From the sequence record PQ657772.1: DNA of 64,000 nucleotides; one strand, given 5' to 3'. The position numbers and the translations under genes are program-made. The notes under the pieces were generated by a model that ran no database searches, was not told the origin of the DNA, and saw nothing but the letters and a program-made list of their open reading frames with translations. Positions 16,247-25,072 of this stretch are shown here, piece after piece. Positions within the stretch are counted from its first letter, which is position 1. Each line of letters opens with the position of its first letter.

Positions 16247-18943
16247 TTACCAATTGATTGTTCCTGTTTGTGACGGTAGACCATAACTAACTGGGAATGA
16301 AGAACCAGCAGCTTCAAGAGACGCACCGAAAATATCCAATCTTGAACGTTTTTGTATGTTAACATTTGATATTTGTAGTGAGTTTGTTTGTATAGTACCT
16401 ATCCAGAAAATATTATATGCTGTAGAACCAGTTTCTGAAATAACATCAGTTGTTATTACATATTTTGCATTACCTTGTTCCATTTTAACATATACATGAA
16501 ATAATGTGTTTGCTGGATTAGCCTTAACTGTAGTTAAGTTTATACTAGTAATCGGTAATGTAAATGCTTTACCAGAAAGAATTACTGGAGTTTCTTCTGT
16601 GAAGTACACAATAAAACCTTGAGCAACGTCTTGTGAAACTACGTTAATCGGTGCACCTTGAGCAGTCCAGTTATTATAATCAGCAATTGTAGTACCACAT
16701 TTTTGGAAAGTCATTTTGTTTACATAGTCTATTGCTTGGAAATAACCAAAACCAATACCAGGTAAAGCTGCTGGTTGAATACCTTGCTCATAACTTGCAT
16801 GTGAACCACTGATAATAAAACTATCAAATTGTGCAGTTGCTTTTGTTACATATGCTCTGAATTGGTGTGTGTTTGTATTACCAATAGTTGGGTGAGATAA
16901 TGGGTCAGAACCACCTATGAAGTAGAAAGAACCACCATCATATATTGTTAAACCAACAGAAGACGAAGCAAAACTACCATTACCATTTGGTGTAAAGTTA
17001 CTTCCGTAAACGTTTTCTAGTACTAAACGCTTGAAGGTAATTGTAGTGATATTACCTGAACGTGTATTCACATTCACTTCAGCAATTCTAATATAGTTCT
17101 GATATGTATTTGTAACTGTACTTAGCATTACGAATGCAGGTATATCAGTTTGTTGTGGAACAAACAATGTCATATCTTTATAAGCAGCAGAAGATAAGTT
17201 CCAGTCGCTTAGTACTTTGGCGTATTCAGCATTTCTGAAATTATCAAGTACAGATTGAGTAACACTAATGATACCAGTTCCGTTCATATTTTTATCATAT
17301 GATAGTGATTGGGAATATCTCTGACCTACCATGAATATCCCACCATTTGTAGTAACATTATTACCACTAATGGAACTAATAAAAACTCTGTTGTTCGTGT
17401 TATCTGTCACATTAGCACGTTCTGTTGTTGGCTCATAACCTTGTATGGTTCCACGTGATAAAGAATTAAACGTAAAGTTAGGAGTACTTTTATGAACTGC
17501 ATAAGATGGACGGAATGCACCAGAACCAGTTGAACGAGAATACTGTTTAGTACTGTTCCCTGGAAGCAATTCTACGCCGTTAATAAAAGAACCAACTGCT
17601 GAACCAAATGAAGGACGAACTATGCCATTTCTGAAATCAGTTGAAATGTTCGCACGTACATTAATCATGCTATATATTGATTGTGCAGTAAATTTAGCTT
17701 TCTGCATAAGCAATGGTTCTGCTAAGTTTGGACATGCAGTACAGAATACTTCACCTGTATTCAGATAATAATATGAACTGTAAATGTTTCTTGCACCGCT
17801 ATGGTCATATAAAGGATCTTTGTTGAGAACGTTACCAGTAGCAACCAATGCCGAACCTGTGTTTGTAACAACAAATGGTGCAGCAAATGTACCAATATCG
17901 TTCCCATTATCCAAGTTACATTGTTTAGTACTCATGTTAAAATTGAAACTATAACTATGCTGTGGTCGGGTATTGTAGTTTGCCATAGTGAACCATGCGT
18001 CACCATTCATTCTGAATCGGAAGTTCTGCGTTCCTGGCTCCTGAGCAACATATAAATCGATAGATGTCATATAAATCCCCATACCAGCCAAATTTTGTGG
18101 TACATAGACATATGGCTTATCAGCAATATTAGTTGAGTTAACATGGTCAGTAATGATTATATTATTCTGAGCAGTATATGTAGTATTGTAAAAAGTTTTT
18201 GTTGTCCATCCCGTGATTCGGGTAGCAGTATAAGTACCGTTTGCAATATTCAATACAACACGAACAACAACAATCTGTAGTTTGTTATTTTCATTAAGGA
18301 CGTTGAATACATAAACTGAACCGTCTTCTGCCATCATAGCATACTCAATCCCACCTTCAGGTGAAATATCAGCTTGGTTCACAAAAAGACCACTATGTTG
18401 TGTATCATCCAATGTACCATTCGTTACTGATATAAACAACCCATTAGTATTGGTAGATGTGTCATTGTAACGACCTAACAGTATTTTTGAATCAGTATTG
18501 TATAAACCAATAGCAACACGGTTTGCCCCAAAATAGCCAGGCTTATACTGACGGCTTGTATTAACAGTACGGCTCATATCGGTAACGGATAATGCGTTCG
18601 CTAGGTAAGAATAAAATAAACCTTCAACACTACCGTTTGTACCACTACGTAATAGTACTAATGTGCCATCGTTTTCTAAAAGTATTTTGTTTCTACGTTG
18701 GGATTGGTTTTCTGATGCACCATTAAAATCTCCAGATACCCCAGCAGGTAGATAGTTATGTGTACCATAATGCGAGATTGGAAGTAAACTAATTACATCA
18801 AGTAATTCTTCTTTGGAATATGTATCAATTTCCATATTACCATTAGCATCAAATACTTGATCATTGATGCCCTGTACTGTTCTTTTCCCTTTAACTGTCA
18901 CATTATGAGTGACGTCTAAGCCACCATATATTTTCTTTGACAT
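16247..18943 (-). CDS. tail fibre/baseplate-associated structural protein (898 aa)
   Basis: Paralogue of 12901-15630: LPISHYG, LLRSGTNGSVEG, VVSQDVAQGF.VYFT.E.PV. Confidence 0.7.
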   Translation of the reverse strand: MSKKIYGGLDVTHNVTVKGKRTVQGINDQVFDANGNMEIDTYSKEELLDVISLLPISHYGTHNYLPAGVSGDFNGASENQSQRRNKILLENDGTLVLLRSGTNGSVEGLFYSYLANALSVTDMSRTVNTSRQYKPGYFGANRVAIGLYNTDSKILLGRYNDTSTNTNGLFISVTNGTLDDTQHSGLFVNQADISPEGGIEYAMMAEDGSVYVFNVLNENNKLQIVVVRVVLNIANGTYTATRITGWTTKTFYNTTYTAQNNIIITDHVNSTNIADKPYVYVPQNLAGMGIYMTSIDLYVAQEPGTQNFRFRMNGDAWFTMANYNTRPQHSYSFNFNMSTKQCNLDNGNDIGTFAAPFVVTNTGSALVATGNVLNKDPLYDHSGARNIYSSYYYLNTGEVFCTACPNLAEPLLMQKAKFTAQSIYSMINVRANISTDFRNGIVRPSFGSAVGSFINGVELLPGNSTKQYSRSTGSGAFRPSYAVHKSTPNFTFNSLSRGTIQGYEPTTERANVTDNTNNRVFISSISGNNVTTNGGIFMVGQRYSQSLSYDKNMNGTGIISVTQSVLDNFRNAEYAKVLSDWNLSSAAYKDMTLFVPQQTDIPAFVMLSTVTNTYQNYIRIAEVNVNTRSGNITTITFKRLVLENVYGSNFTPNGNGSFASSSVGLTIYDGGSFYFIGGSDPLSHPTIGNTNTHQFRAYVTKATAQFDSFIISGSHASYEQGIQPAALPGIGFGYFQAIDYVNKMTFQKCGTTIADYNNWTAQGAPINVVSQDVAQGFIVYFTEETPVILSGKAFTLPITSINLTTVKANPANTLFHVYVKMEQGNAKYVITTDVISETGSTAYNIFWIGTIQTNSLQISNVNIQKRSRLDIFGASLEAAGSSFPVSYGLPSQTGTINW

Positions 18944-18992
18944 ACATATCCCTTGTAATTTAGATATTAGTTACTGTATTTATGAATGTAAT

Positions 18993-19015
18993 AAAAAAGC
19001 ACCCATTGGGTGCTT
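18993..19015 (-). terminator. intrinsic terminator
   Basis: AAGCACCCA-A-TGGGTGCTT hairpin plus T run. Confidence 0.75.
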
Positions 19016-19019
19016 GTGT

Positions 19020-19490
19020 TTAAAAGTCTTTATTTTTATATAAAATTCGTTGGTTATTTGAACCACGAAATGGTAATGTTAAATTCTTTTCTTCTGAAAC
19101 AAATTTACCATCAACTAATACATCTAAGTACTGAAGAATGTCTTTAGCATGATTATTCATAATCTCTTCTAAAGTATATCCACTCCAGCACCAAATAGTT
19201 TTATTGGGATAAGTCTCTTTTACAATCTTACATAGTTCTAAAATTGTTTCTATGTTCTTTTTCATTAGAGGATCTCCACCAAGGAGGGATAATCCACTAA
19301 CGTAAGGCTTACTGAGTTCAGCTAAAATTATATCAATTGTATCAGTACTGAACTCTTGCCCACTTCTATAATCCCATGCTTCTTCGTTAAAGCATCCGTC
19401 ACACCCATGACTGCACCCACTAACAAAAAGGGAGCATCTTACTCCCTCCCCATTAATAAGGTCGTCTTTAATTATCGTCTGGTAATTCAT
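19020..19490 (-). CDS. nrdG: anaerobic ribonucleotide reductase activase (radical SAM)
   Basis: NGEGVRCSLFVSGCSHGCDGCFN (CxxxCxxC), GGDPL, FRGSNNQR. Confidence 0.97.
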   Translation of the reverse strand: MNYQTIIKDDLINGEGVRCSLFVSGCSHGCDGCFNEEAWDYRSGQEFSTDTIDIILAELSKPYVSGLSLLGGDPLMKKNIETILELCKIVKETYPNKTIWCWSGYTLEEIMNNHAKDILQYLDVLVDGKFVSEEKNLTLPFRGSNNQRILYKNKDF

Positions 19491-19794
19491 CTAATATTGC
19501 ACTCACTATCTCAACGAGAACATCACCATGACATGATTTCGGTTTACAGAAACAGCCAAGACGTTTCCCTGCTAACTCAAGTAAATCATCAATCTTAACT
19601 TCTCCATTAGAAATACGCTCAATAATGTATTCTCTGAACTTTTCGATTGATTCTTCCCTTGTAGCAACAATGAACTCGGCTTTGGTCTGTTTATCACTGA
19701 TATGGGTAAATGGGTTTCCCCATTTAGACCCACGCCCGATATACACATCATACGGTTCTTTATATTTGTTAACCACAATTGGCTTTAAATCCAT
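19468..19794 (-). CDS. DUF4326-like protein
   Basis: YDVYIGRGSKWGNPF...L.GKRLGCFCKPKSCHGDVL. Confidence 0.85.
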   Translation of the reverse strand: MDLKPIVVNKYKEPYDVYIGRGSKWGNPFTHISDKQTKAEFIVATREESIEKFREYIIERISNGEVKIDDLLELAGKRLGCFCKPKSCHGDVLVEIVSAILDELPDDN

Positions 19795-19802
19795 AATGTA
19801 CC

Positions 19803-21608
19803 TTATTTGTGTTGTATACGCTCACAACATTCTTGTTGTTTACCTTTGTTGAATCCACGAGACGATGGGTTCCCCAAATATCCAGAAACACGACGAATCA
19901 CTGAGATTGTCTTCTCATTGCGATTATCACATACTGGACAATGAAAACCGTGTTTATCTACACTGAACTCACCTTTATACCCACACTCGTAACACTGGTC
20001 AATTGGCTGGTTGATGCCAAAATATGGAATCTTTGTGTAAGCGTAATTGACTAAAGTCTCAAGTGCTTGAATATTGTTACTTAGGTTGGGTGATTCAACA
20101 TAACTGATGTTTCCACCATTACTGAGGTAAGCAAAGCCCTCTTCGTAACTCCACTTATCAAATGGTGAACTTTCTACCCATACTGGTTGATGGAAGGAAT
20201 TTGTGATGTAATCACGTTTTAGTACTGAAGGGTATTTAGATTCGATGCAACGTGCAAATTTGTAGCAAAGTGACTCTGCTGGGGTTCCATATAGACTAAA
20301 AGCTATATTACTCTCTTTTTTGAACTCATCGCATTTTACTTTCATATAATTCAGTACTGACATACAGAACTCCTTACTAATAGAACCAGTCAGAATTTCT
20401 GAACATTCAACTAAACCAACGTAACCAATACTAATACTAGCATATCCGTTATAAAATAGCTTGTCAATCGTTTCTTCTGCCCCTAAACGTGAAAGTGCAC
20501 CTTCCATGAACAAAATCGGATTCTGCTTCGCTTTTGTGCCTTTTAAACGCTCTACGCGGTTCATCTGAGCACGATATGCAATATTCATATGCTCGTCTAT
20601 TTTATCAAAAAACTCTCCATCTGAGGCACTTTCAAGAGCAATTAGAGGTAAATTGATAGAAACCACGCCTAAGTTGAAACGACCGTTATATTGCTCATTT
20701 CCATTGGCATCTTCCCATTTTCCTAAAAATGAACGACAGCCCATCGGAGTTACTGCTGTACTGCTACTTCCTGTAACTTTGTGATTTAACGGCACAGAAA
20801 CGAAGTCTGGGTAGATTCTCTTCGATGCACAACGCATTGCCAACTGTTTCATGTCATAGTTGCAATCATCGCTATTCATGTTGATTCCGTCCTGTAAAAA
20901 GAAAATTACTTTAGGAAACACAGGAGTAATCTTATCTTTACCTAAACCATTCTCATGTACTTTTAAGTACTGTTCAGTGATTAATTTACCAAATTTTGAA
21001 GTATTCAGTCCCAAACTAAGAGAAATGAATGCTGCTTGACCATTTGTACTAATCATTGAATTTGTCTGGTAAAGTAAGGTTTGACACCCATCATAGACTT
21101 CTTTTCGTAATTCTTCCTCAATGTATTCAGTACTGAGATTATATGCCTTTTGCTTCGCTAATAGCTTATCCCACGACTTTTGGACGTAAGGTTCAAGACC
21201 AACGTCGATATGAGCCAACGATTGACCACCGTACTGGGAACTAGCAACAGCTTGTACAATTTGTGTCAGTACTGTACATGCTACACTAAAACTCTTTGGT
21301 TCTTCAATTTTGGCACAACCAATGGTAAATCCATTTTTTAGCATATCTGGGTAGTTAACTAAGCAACAGTTAGTTAATGGGCTGATATAGTAGTCTAAAT
21401 CATGAATATGACCATAACCATCATTATGCCACTGCATTAGCTCCTTTGGAATAACATCTTGTGAATAATGCTTAGATAGAATACCAGCAAGTAAATCCCT
21501 GTGTGTATTGACGCATTTCGCATCTTTGTTTGCATTTTCATTTGTAAGATCAGTATTGCTCTGATTTAGGAAATTTGTTACGTCAGTATATAATTTATCT
21601 AATTGCAT
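19803..21608 (-). CDS. nrdD: class III (anaerobic) ribonucleoside-triphosphate reductase, no ATP cone
   Basis: HIHDLDY, NCCLV, MGCRSFL, GRFNLGVVSINLP, YGTPAESL, CxxC..CxxC, RRVSGYL glycyl-radical motif; likely start MQLD. Confidence 0.97.
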   Translation of the reverse strand: MQLDKLYTDVTNFLNQSNTDLTNENANKDAKCVNTHRDLLAGILSKHYSQDVIPKELMQWHNDGYGHIHDLDYYISPLTNCCLVNYPDMLKNGFTIGCAKIEEPKSFSVACTVLTQIVQAVASSQYGGQSLAHIDVGLEPYVQKSWDKLLAKQKAYNLSTEYIEEELRKEVYDGCQTLLYQTNSMISTNGQAAFISLSLGLNTSKFGKLITEQYLKVHENGLGKDKITPVFPKVIFFLQDGINMNSDDCNYDMKQLAMRCASKRIYPDFVSVPLNHKVTGSSSTAVTPMGCRSFLGKWEDANGNEQYNGRFNLGVVSINLPLIALESASDGEFFDKIDEHMNIAYRAQMNRVERLKGTKAKQNPILFMEGALSRLGAEETIDKLFYNGYASISIGYVGLVECSEILTGSISKEFCMSVLNYMKVKCDEFKKESNIAFSLYGTPAESLCYKFARCIESKYPSVLKRDYITNSFHQPVWVESSPFDKWSYEEGFAYLSNGGNISYVESPNLSNNIQALETLVNYAYTKIPYFGINQPIDQCYECGYKGEFSVDKHGFHCPVCDNRNEKTISVIRRVSGYLGNPSSRGFNKGKQQECCERIQHK

Positions 21609-21669
21609 TTTACTTTCCTTGTATTTTGAAATCATCTGGGGGTGAAGTTATTTAACATCACCAGACACC

Positions 21670-21711
21670 ATTATAGCGTCAGAACAGGGTATTTCTCTTG
21701 ATCTATATCAA
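21670..21711 (-). promoter_or_regulatory. FNR-dependent class II promoter for nrdD-DUF4326-nrdG
   Basis: TTGAT-ATAG-ATCAA at 21698-21711, 22 nt upstream of TATAAT (21670-21675), i.e. centred at -41.5; no separate -35. Confidence 0.8.
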
Positions 21712-21744
21712 GGAAAGGTCACATTGCTTTTTATTTGCACAAAT

Positions 21745-21770
21745 AGAAAAAGCACCTCTAGGGTGCTTTT
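21745..21770 (-). terminator. intrinsic terminator insulating the nrdD promoter
   Basis: AAAAGCACC-CTAGA-GGTGCTTTT followed by T-rich tail. Confidence 0.8.
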
Positions 21771-21885
21771 AAAGTACTGCTAATATAAAAACTGCCCAAA
21801 TTAGCAGTACTACATTGGTTGGAGCGGCAAAAAACATATATGCAGCAATTGCACTGCATCCGATTACAAGTTTAGCTAGTCTCAT
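21769..21885 (-). CDS. small membrane protein (38 aa)
   Basis: Manual translation MRLAKLVIGCSAIAAYMFFAAPTNVVLLIWAVFILAVL*. Confidence 0.55.
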   Translation of the reverse strand: MRLAKLVIGCSAIAAYMFFAAPTNVVLLIWAVFILAVL

Positions 21886-22057
21886 CTGGACTCCATGTAA
21901 TAGTCACAGTAAATGTGCCTTCTTGGAAACCAAACTCATCTTGTGGGATTTGTCCAGCTAATGGGTTAAATCTTGAATCGAATGCTTCATGTACGTCTCG
22001 CTGAATATCATAGAGACTTTCACCATCGTATTCTTTTTTAAAGATTTCATTCTGCAT
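21872..22057 (-). CDS. conserved small phage protein
   Basis: YDGESLYDIQRDVHEAFD..FNP....IP.DE.GF..G.F.V. Confidence 0.75.
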   Translation of the reverse strand: MQNEIFKKEYDGESLYDIQRDVHEAFDSRFNPLAGQIPQDEFGFQEGTFTVTITWSPDETS

Positions 22058-22457
22058 TTATACGTAACGACCCTCGTATTCTGTCTGGATATCCATCAAA
22101 TAGATCAATGAATTGGTTTAACGCATAAGTACTGATGAATGGATTATTCTTGGCAAGTTCTATGCGTTTTTCAAAATCCATTAATATAATCTCTGGCCTA
22201 CTGAAATTTCCTTTACGTCTATATGTTAGTAAACGCTCGGTATGACCACTGAACTGAAATTCAAAATATGTTGATGCTGCATAATCACTTCCATCAGGAA
22301 CCGGAATTGAAAAATCAACATTGAACTTATTACCAAATGCGAAAAAATATCCCCCATCTTCGTGTGGTATAGTTTTATCATTTAGATGGAAATCTATTTC
22401 ATCACCTAATATATCAAATATCTTGATACTTAGAGACATAAAATCATCGGCTAACAT
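22047..22457 (-). CDS. hypothetical protein
   Basis: Tiles. Confidence 0.7.
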   Translation of the reverse strand: MLADDFMSLSIKIFDILGDEIDFHLNDKTIPHEDGGYFFAFGNKFNVDFSIPVPDGSDYAASTYFEFQFSGHTERLLTYRRKGNFSRPEIILMDFEKRIELAKNNPFISTYALNQFIDLFDGYPDRIRGSLRINAE

Positions 22458-22468
22458 TTCTTTTTACC

Positions 22469-22687
22469 TTATTTTATAGCTCTACAATAGAAATGAATAA
22501 TATACGGAAATATAGGATTATCTACGTATGTTGCAAAATTAGCTATGGTAATTTTTTTATAGTACGAGTTATGGATGGATATAATGGTTTGTGGGTCGAT
22601 TGCTTCTCTATTCGATAGTTCAACAAAACGACCACACTTCATATAAGCCTTACCATAATAATCGTAAGTTATCTCATATTGATCCAT
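22469..22687 (-). CDS. hypothetical protein
   Basis: Tiles. Confidence 0.6.
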   Translation of the reverse strand: MDQYEITYDYYGKAYMKCGRFVELSNREAIDPQTIISIHNSYYKKITIANFATYVDNPIFPYIIHFYCRAIK

Positions 22688-23047
22688 TTATTCTGGTTCT
22701 TTGTTTTTATCTACAGTATTGTTTTTGTTTAGATCAATTTGTAACGCCATTGCAGCTTCAGCATTTTCTTCATGTGTACCATTGAATTTATACCCATTCT
22801 TGATGAGATTCACAGTGTAGTACTTATTATAAAGAAATGCCCACACGACCATTGCAATTGTACCCACAATCCAAAAAGACACTGCGTTGAGGATGAAGTA
22901 AATTACAAATGCACCGATGAACGTAATAAAGTCACCACGAAACAATGCAGGGAACGGACCAAAGAACAATGTTGTCCATGAGAATCCAAAGAACCCATCT
23001 TTGCGTTGTCCTACATTTTCATTTTTTAAAGAAATAGTTTTAGCCAT
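22688..23047 (-). CDS. membrane protein, DUF2628/HrgC-like
   Basis: GFFGFSWTTLFFGPFPALFRGD, two TMs, YNKYYTVNLIKNGY; start MAKTI with SD. Confidence 0.75.
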   Translation of the reverse strand: MAKTISLKNENVGQRKDGFFGFSWTTLFFGPFPALFRGDFITFIGAFVIYFILNAVSFWIVGTIAMVVWAFLYNKYYTVNLIKNGYKFNGTHEENAEAAMALQIDLNKNNTVDKNKEPE

Positions 23048-23057
23048 TGTTGACTCC

Positions 23058-23279
23058 TTACATGTTATGATTTGGTATACAGTACACAAATACTAAATTG
23101 GAAAAGTGTTCAGTACTGGAATATTTTGCTAAATCTGTTATATGGAAGTAGACATCTTTGAAATTATCATTCTCAAATGTCGTTATTTGTAAACAGTGTG
23201 TGGGTCTGAAAATATAATAATAAAATATATCATCTTCAGTCACAACTGTATGGTTTTTGTAGCGTTCAATTTTTTTCAT
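23058..23279 (-). CDS. hypothetical protein
   Basis: Likely start MKKIERY overlapping the upstream stop. Confidence 0.55.
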   Translation of the reverse strand: MKKIERYKNHTVVTEDDIFYYYIFRPTHCLQITTFENDNFKDVYFHITDLAKYSSTEHFSNLVFVYCIPNHNM

Positions 23280-23644
23280 GTGTGAATAATTTCTTTGACC
23301 CCATATTCCATAATTGCCAACGTACAAATCTCACAAGGCTTTGCAGGGACTGGAATACCATCTTTACTTACCCGTGCAATCAACAAAGTATGAACTTCAG
23401 CACGAGAAGCCAGCAAACATGAGATTTCAGCATGAAGAAATTCACCTTGTGGACGACCAGCACGGATTGCAAAACCTTTCTGTACTGGGTGAGTATGTGT
23501 GTAAGAATTAGTACGTGTTGCCAATACACGACCTTTCTTATCTAGTGCACGAGCAATCACACGATAACGTTTGTAGCTCCCCACTTGCTCGATGGGTGGC
23601 ATCCGTCGTAATTCTTCAATTAGTTTCTCAAGTTTACGATTCAT
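23276..23644 (-). CDS. Zn-dependent cytidine/nucleotide deaminase-fold protein
   Basis: LHAEISCL and AKPCEIC motifs. Confidence 0.85.
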   Translation of the reverse strand: MNRKLEKLIEELRRMPPIEQVGSYKRYRVIARALDKKGRVLATRTNSYTHTHPVQKGFAIRAGRPQGEFLHAEISCLLASRAEVHTLLIARVSKDGIPVPAKPCEICTLAIMEYGVKEIIHT

Positions 23645-24267
23645 AAGTCTAAGTCTATGCCCTTTTCAAATGATTTCTCTAGAACCCAAAGTTTACATTC
23701 TTCACTCTCCAAATGCATCTTTGCCTCTTTCTGTTGTTCTATTGTACAAGACTTTATAAATTCACGCAAGGCTTCTATTGTACTTTTTATATTTTTTATG
23801 TCTTCGAGAATTGTTTCTTTGGATTCGGCATCAATTACAGATGAACTCCACCCGTGACGTTCTTCCCAAACTGTTTTTGCTGAATTGTAAATTGATGATG
23901 TAGGAATGACTGCATGGATCTTATTAAACGTATCGTCTGCTTCTTGTTGGGTGTAATCACCATAAGTGTTTAGCACATTTTTGTATAGTTCATCAATTGC
24001 CTCATCATAAGTATCACCACCGCAATCTAACTCATAATCATGTGCTTGTACCCATTCATCATCTTGCTCAACGTACATAGGTGAGATGAATTCTACCCAA
24101 AATTGTGTCTTTGTATTCAGAGCTTTAAATGATTCAATGCGGTTTGTGATTGGACACACATCATGTGGTTCGATATCAATCCTTGGGGGAACCATATCTC
24201 CGTTGATGAATTTAGGATGGCCCATAATCCACCAGTACTTTTCAGATGTAGTCATTGTAATCTCCAA
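23641..24267 (-). CDS. hypothetical protein
   Basis: WWIMGHPKF...ELDCGGDTYDEAI. Confidence 0.75.
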   Translation of the reverse strand: MEITMTTSEKYWWIMGHPKFINGDMVPPRIDIEPHDVCPITNRIESFKALNTKTQFWVEFISPMYVEQDDEWVQAHDYELDCGGDTYDEAIDELYKNVLNTYGDYTQQEADDTFNKIHAVIPTSSIYNSAKTVWEERHGWSSSVIDAESKETILEDIKNIKSTIEALREFIKSCTIEQQKEAKMHLESEECKLWVLEKSFEKGIDLDL

Positions 24268-24300
24268 TTAAAAAGTACTGCCACTATAACAGTACTGATA

Positions 24301-24660
24301 TTAAATGTAACGTTTCTTTTTATAATCATACCCTACTTCTTTGTAAAAGTCAAACAAAGAAGCATGGGTAAACGTAGGTAACAGATCATATGGGTGCTGA
24401 TAGTTCGCAATACCAACAACTGCCAGCATTGATTCAGCCGTTCTGGAATTTTCACTATCCCATTCATCTAAACGCCACAGTGAACAAAGAACTTCACGTT
24501 CGTGTTGCTTACCAAGAAAGAATTCAGCTTCACGGTCACGAAATGCACCTACGCTGATAGTACTTTTGTACCAGTCTTTCTCACCATAAGCTGGCATACG
24601 GATAATGTGTTTTTCTTGAGCTTCACCAAAGCGATGAAGAAATGCCACATAATCACTCAT
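24301..24660 (-). CDS. hypothetical protein
   Basis: FDFYKEVGYDYKKKRY C-terminus; tiles. Confidence 0.75.
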   Translation of the reverse strand: MSDYVAFLHRFGEAQEKHIIRMPAYGEKDWYKSTISVGAFRDREAEFFLGKQHEREVLCSLWRLDEWDSENSRTAESMLAVVGIANYQHPYDLLPTFTHASLFDFYKEVGYDYKKKRYI

Positions 24661-24827
24661 AACTTATAACCCATTACTGGTTTTGAATAATCAGGTTCAT
24701 AAAACTTTTCAGTACTGAACCCTCTGAAATTACCACGACCTGGCTTCGGACAAGCCATCCCTTCTACACCGTGCTTACCCTGAACCTTTCCGCAGTTTTT
24801 GCATTTGTATCCAATAACTTCTTTCAT
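24657..24827 (-). CDS. small Cys/His protein (56 aa)
   Basis: Manual translation MKEVIGYKCKNCGKVQGKHGVEGMACPKPGRG...; ATGA overlaps at both ends. Confidence 0.7.
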   Translation of the reverse strand: MKEVIGYKCKNCGKVQGKHGVEGMACPKPGRGNFRGFSTEKFYEPDYSKPVMGYKL

Positions 24828-25072
24828 TGTGCATCCTTTGGAATAGTGTTAAGGCGTGTACGGTTTACAATCTTCCTGCACATGAGATTAAGATCTTGCC
24901 CATGACGCATCTCATGGCAAGCATACAATGTACCATCATAGTTAAGTTTAGTCAAATTCTGGCGAATGAACTCTGCATCAGCCTCCTGAACTTTAGGTGC
25001 ACAGCCACAGAGAGTAATGGACACAAATATTGTTAATGTAATGAATATATTTTTCATGATATTTTTTCTCAT
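24824..25072 (-). CDS. putative lipoprotein
   Basis: Signal peptide ending ITLCGC. Confidence 0.6.
   Translation of the reverse strand: MRKNIMKNIFITLTIFVSITLCGCAPKVQEADAEFIRQNLTKLNYDGTLYACHEMRHGQDLNLMCRKIVNRTRLNTIPKDAQ

Noticed and set aside
21690-21715. NrdR box interpretation of the palindrome upstream of nrdD
   Set aside because: It fits the FNR consensus TTGAT-N4-ATCAA exactly with -41.5 spacing, fits NrdR less well, and tandem NrdR boxes were not found.
21765-21777. 13-nt match GCTTTTAAAGTAC between the flank just 3' of element A and the terminator upstream of nrdD (possible guide target)
   Set aside because: Short, AT-rich, includes part of the enriched AGTAC motif and was found post hoc. 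No equivalent target was seen for element B's flank.
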